IMG/VR virus record: IMGVR_UViG_3300037137_000910
Span: 1 to 42,418 of that record
DNA from: a virus
Lineage: Duplodnaviria; Caudoviricetes
Strand: one strand, 5' to 3'
DNA length: 42,418 nucleotides
This document shows positions 41,679-42,418 of this stretch, piece by piece (the stretch's first letter is position 1; each line of letters opens with the position of its first letter). A program made the position numbers and the translations under genes. The notes under the pieces were generated by a model. That model was not told where the DNA came from, searched no databases, and was given only the letters and a program-made list of their open reading frames with translations.

Positions 41679-42418
41679 TTGGACACCAGATAGCCGGGGA
41701 AGTTAGCGCCCCAGCGGGCGCGGTAGAGCGTTTCATCCGCGCCGATAGTGGCCTTGATCCGCTCGTGGTGCGGGGCCTCGACGCGCGTCCGGGTCCAGTG
41801 GTTATGCCGCTGGCAGAGGTTCGGAACTTGGTAGAACCGCTCTAGCTTCTTGGCAACGTCTTGGAGTTCCTTGTCACAGAAGCAGTGGTTGTAGCCCTCG
41901 AAGTACGGGCCGGAGCCCCCATAGGTCCGCTCGATGAACTGGCGGCCAATCCAGGGGGAAATGCAGCAGGTATCGAAGGCCCCGAACTTGTCACCCGTCG
42001 GCTGCATAACCCCGTAGTCATCGGGGAAGTGTTTGTGGTATCGGTCAAGAATCTCCGGGCCGGGCGTCTGCGGGTCGGGCTCAATGTCATCGCCGGCTAC
42101 GCAGACAACCTTAGCGCCGCGCTTGATAGCTTCGGCGCACAGCATGTTAGCCGCCGCCGGGAAGCCGCGCCACTTCTCTTGACGGATGATGAAGTCGGCC
42201 CCGGGGATATCGGCTTCGCCCTCGACCAGCAAGCCGACGTGATAGCTCAGGTCGCGCCACTTGGCAACTTGCCGGGATGCAATCTCCGGCTGGCACGTGG
42301 GCCAAACGACCCACGGCTTATTGCGGTAGACCTTCGGAGCGCCAGCGGCATTGATCTGCGTCTTGAATCGATAGGCCCCGCGGGTGTGCAGGATGATAGG
42401 CTTGGCCTCGGGAATCAT
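41675..42418 (-). CDS. 3' part of the 624-aa multidomain glycosyltransferase (GT2-like domain)
   Basis: GFPAAAN, VAGDD, HCFCDKEL, HNHW; in frame with 1-1258 across the junction. Confidence 0.88.
   Translation of the reverse strand: MIPEAKPIILHTRGAYRFKTQINAAGAPKVYRNKPWVVWPTCQPEIASRQVAKWRDLSYHVGLLVEGEADIPGADFIIRQEKWRGFPAAANMLCAEAIKRGAKVVCVAGDDIEPDPQTPGPEILDRYHKHFPDDYGVMQPTGDKFGAFDTCCISPWIGRQFIERTYGGSGPYFEGYNHCFCDKELQDVAKKLERFYQVPNLCQRHNHWTRTRVEAPHHERIKATIGADETLYRARWGANFPGYLVSK
42292..42418. repeat. Terminal direct repeat, copy 2
   Basis: Identical to 1-127. Confidence 0.97.

Noticed and set aside
37527-42418. Host-derived LPS/capsule island, serotype-conversion cassette or DNA-glycosylation locus
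   Set aside because: No membrane, export or sugar-synthesis genes and no hydroxymethylase or own polymerase; tightly coupled into the virion operon. Disfavoured rather than excluded

Overview
Complete circular genome (about 42,291 bp; bases 1-127 repeat exactly at 42292-42418, an assembly overlap) of a GC-rich tailed phage. Nearly all genes lie on the minus strand. An early arm runs from a sigma70 promoter at about 23.57 kb down to 7.8 kb. It carries a RecT-like recombinase, four DNA methyltransferases, DUF5131, nucleotide-metabolism genes, a DUF1376 initiator with iterons and an HTH regulator. A late arm follows: tRNA, TerS, TerL, portal, scaffold and major capsid, then across the circle junction neck, lysis-like and short non-contractile tail genes. 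I recognise no integrase, DNA polymerase, tail sheath or endolysin. The main result is a translationally coupled 7-gene glycan-building operon between the major capsid gene and the head-tail adaptor. It holds about six glycosyltransferase domains, a CE4-like deacetylase and two methyltransferases. It begins with a 624-aa three-domain glycosyltransferase that is visible only after circularisation; I infer a virion-glycosylation system. Other highlights are a cytosine methyltransferase with an overprinted second subunit, tandem methyltransferases with shared ends, a beta-helix/FN3/tail-terminator-like fusion with codon-saturated repeats, a tRNA with a non-canonical anticodon loop, and a hairpin-dense ~500-nt intergenic region. 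All assignments come from motif reading; no searches were run.
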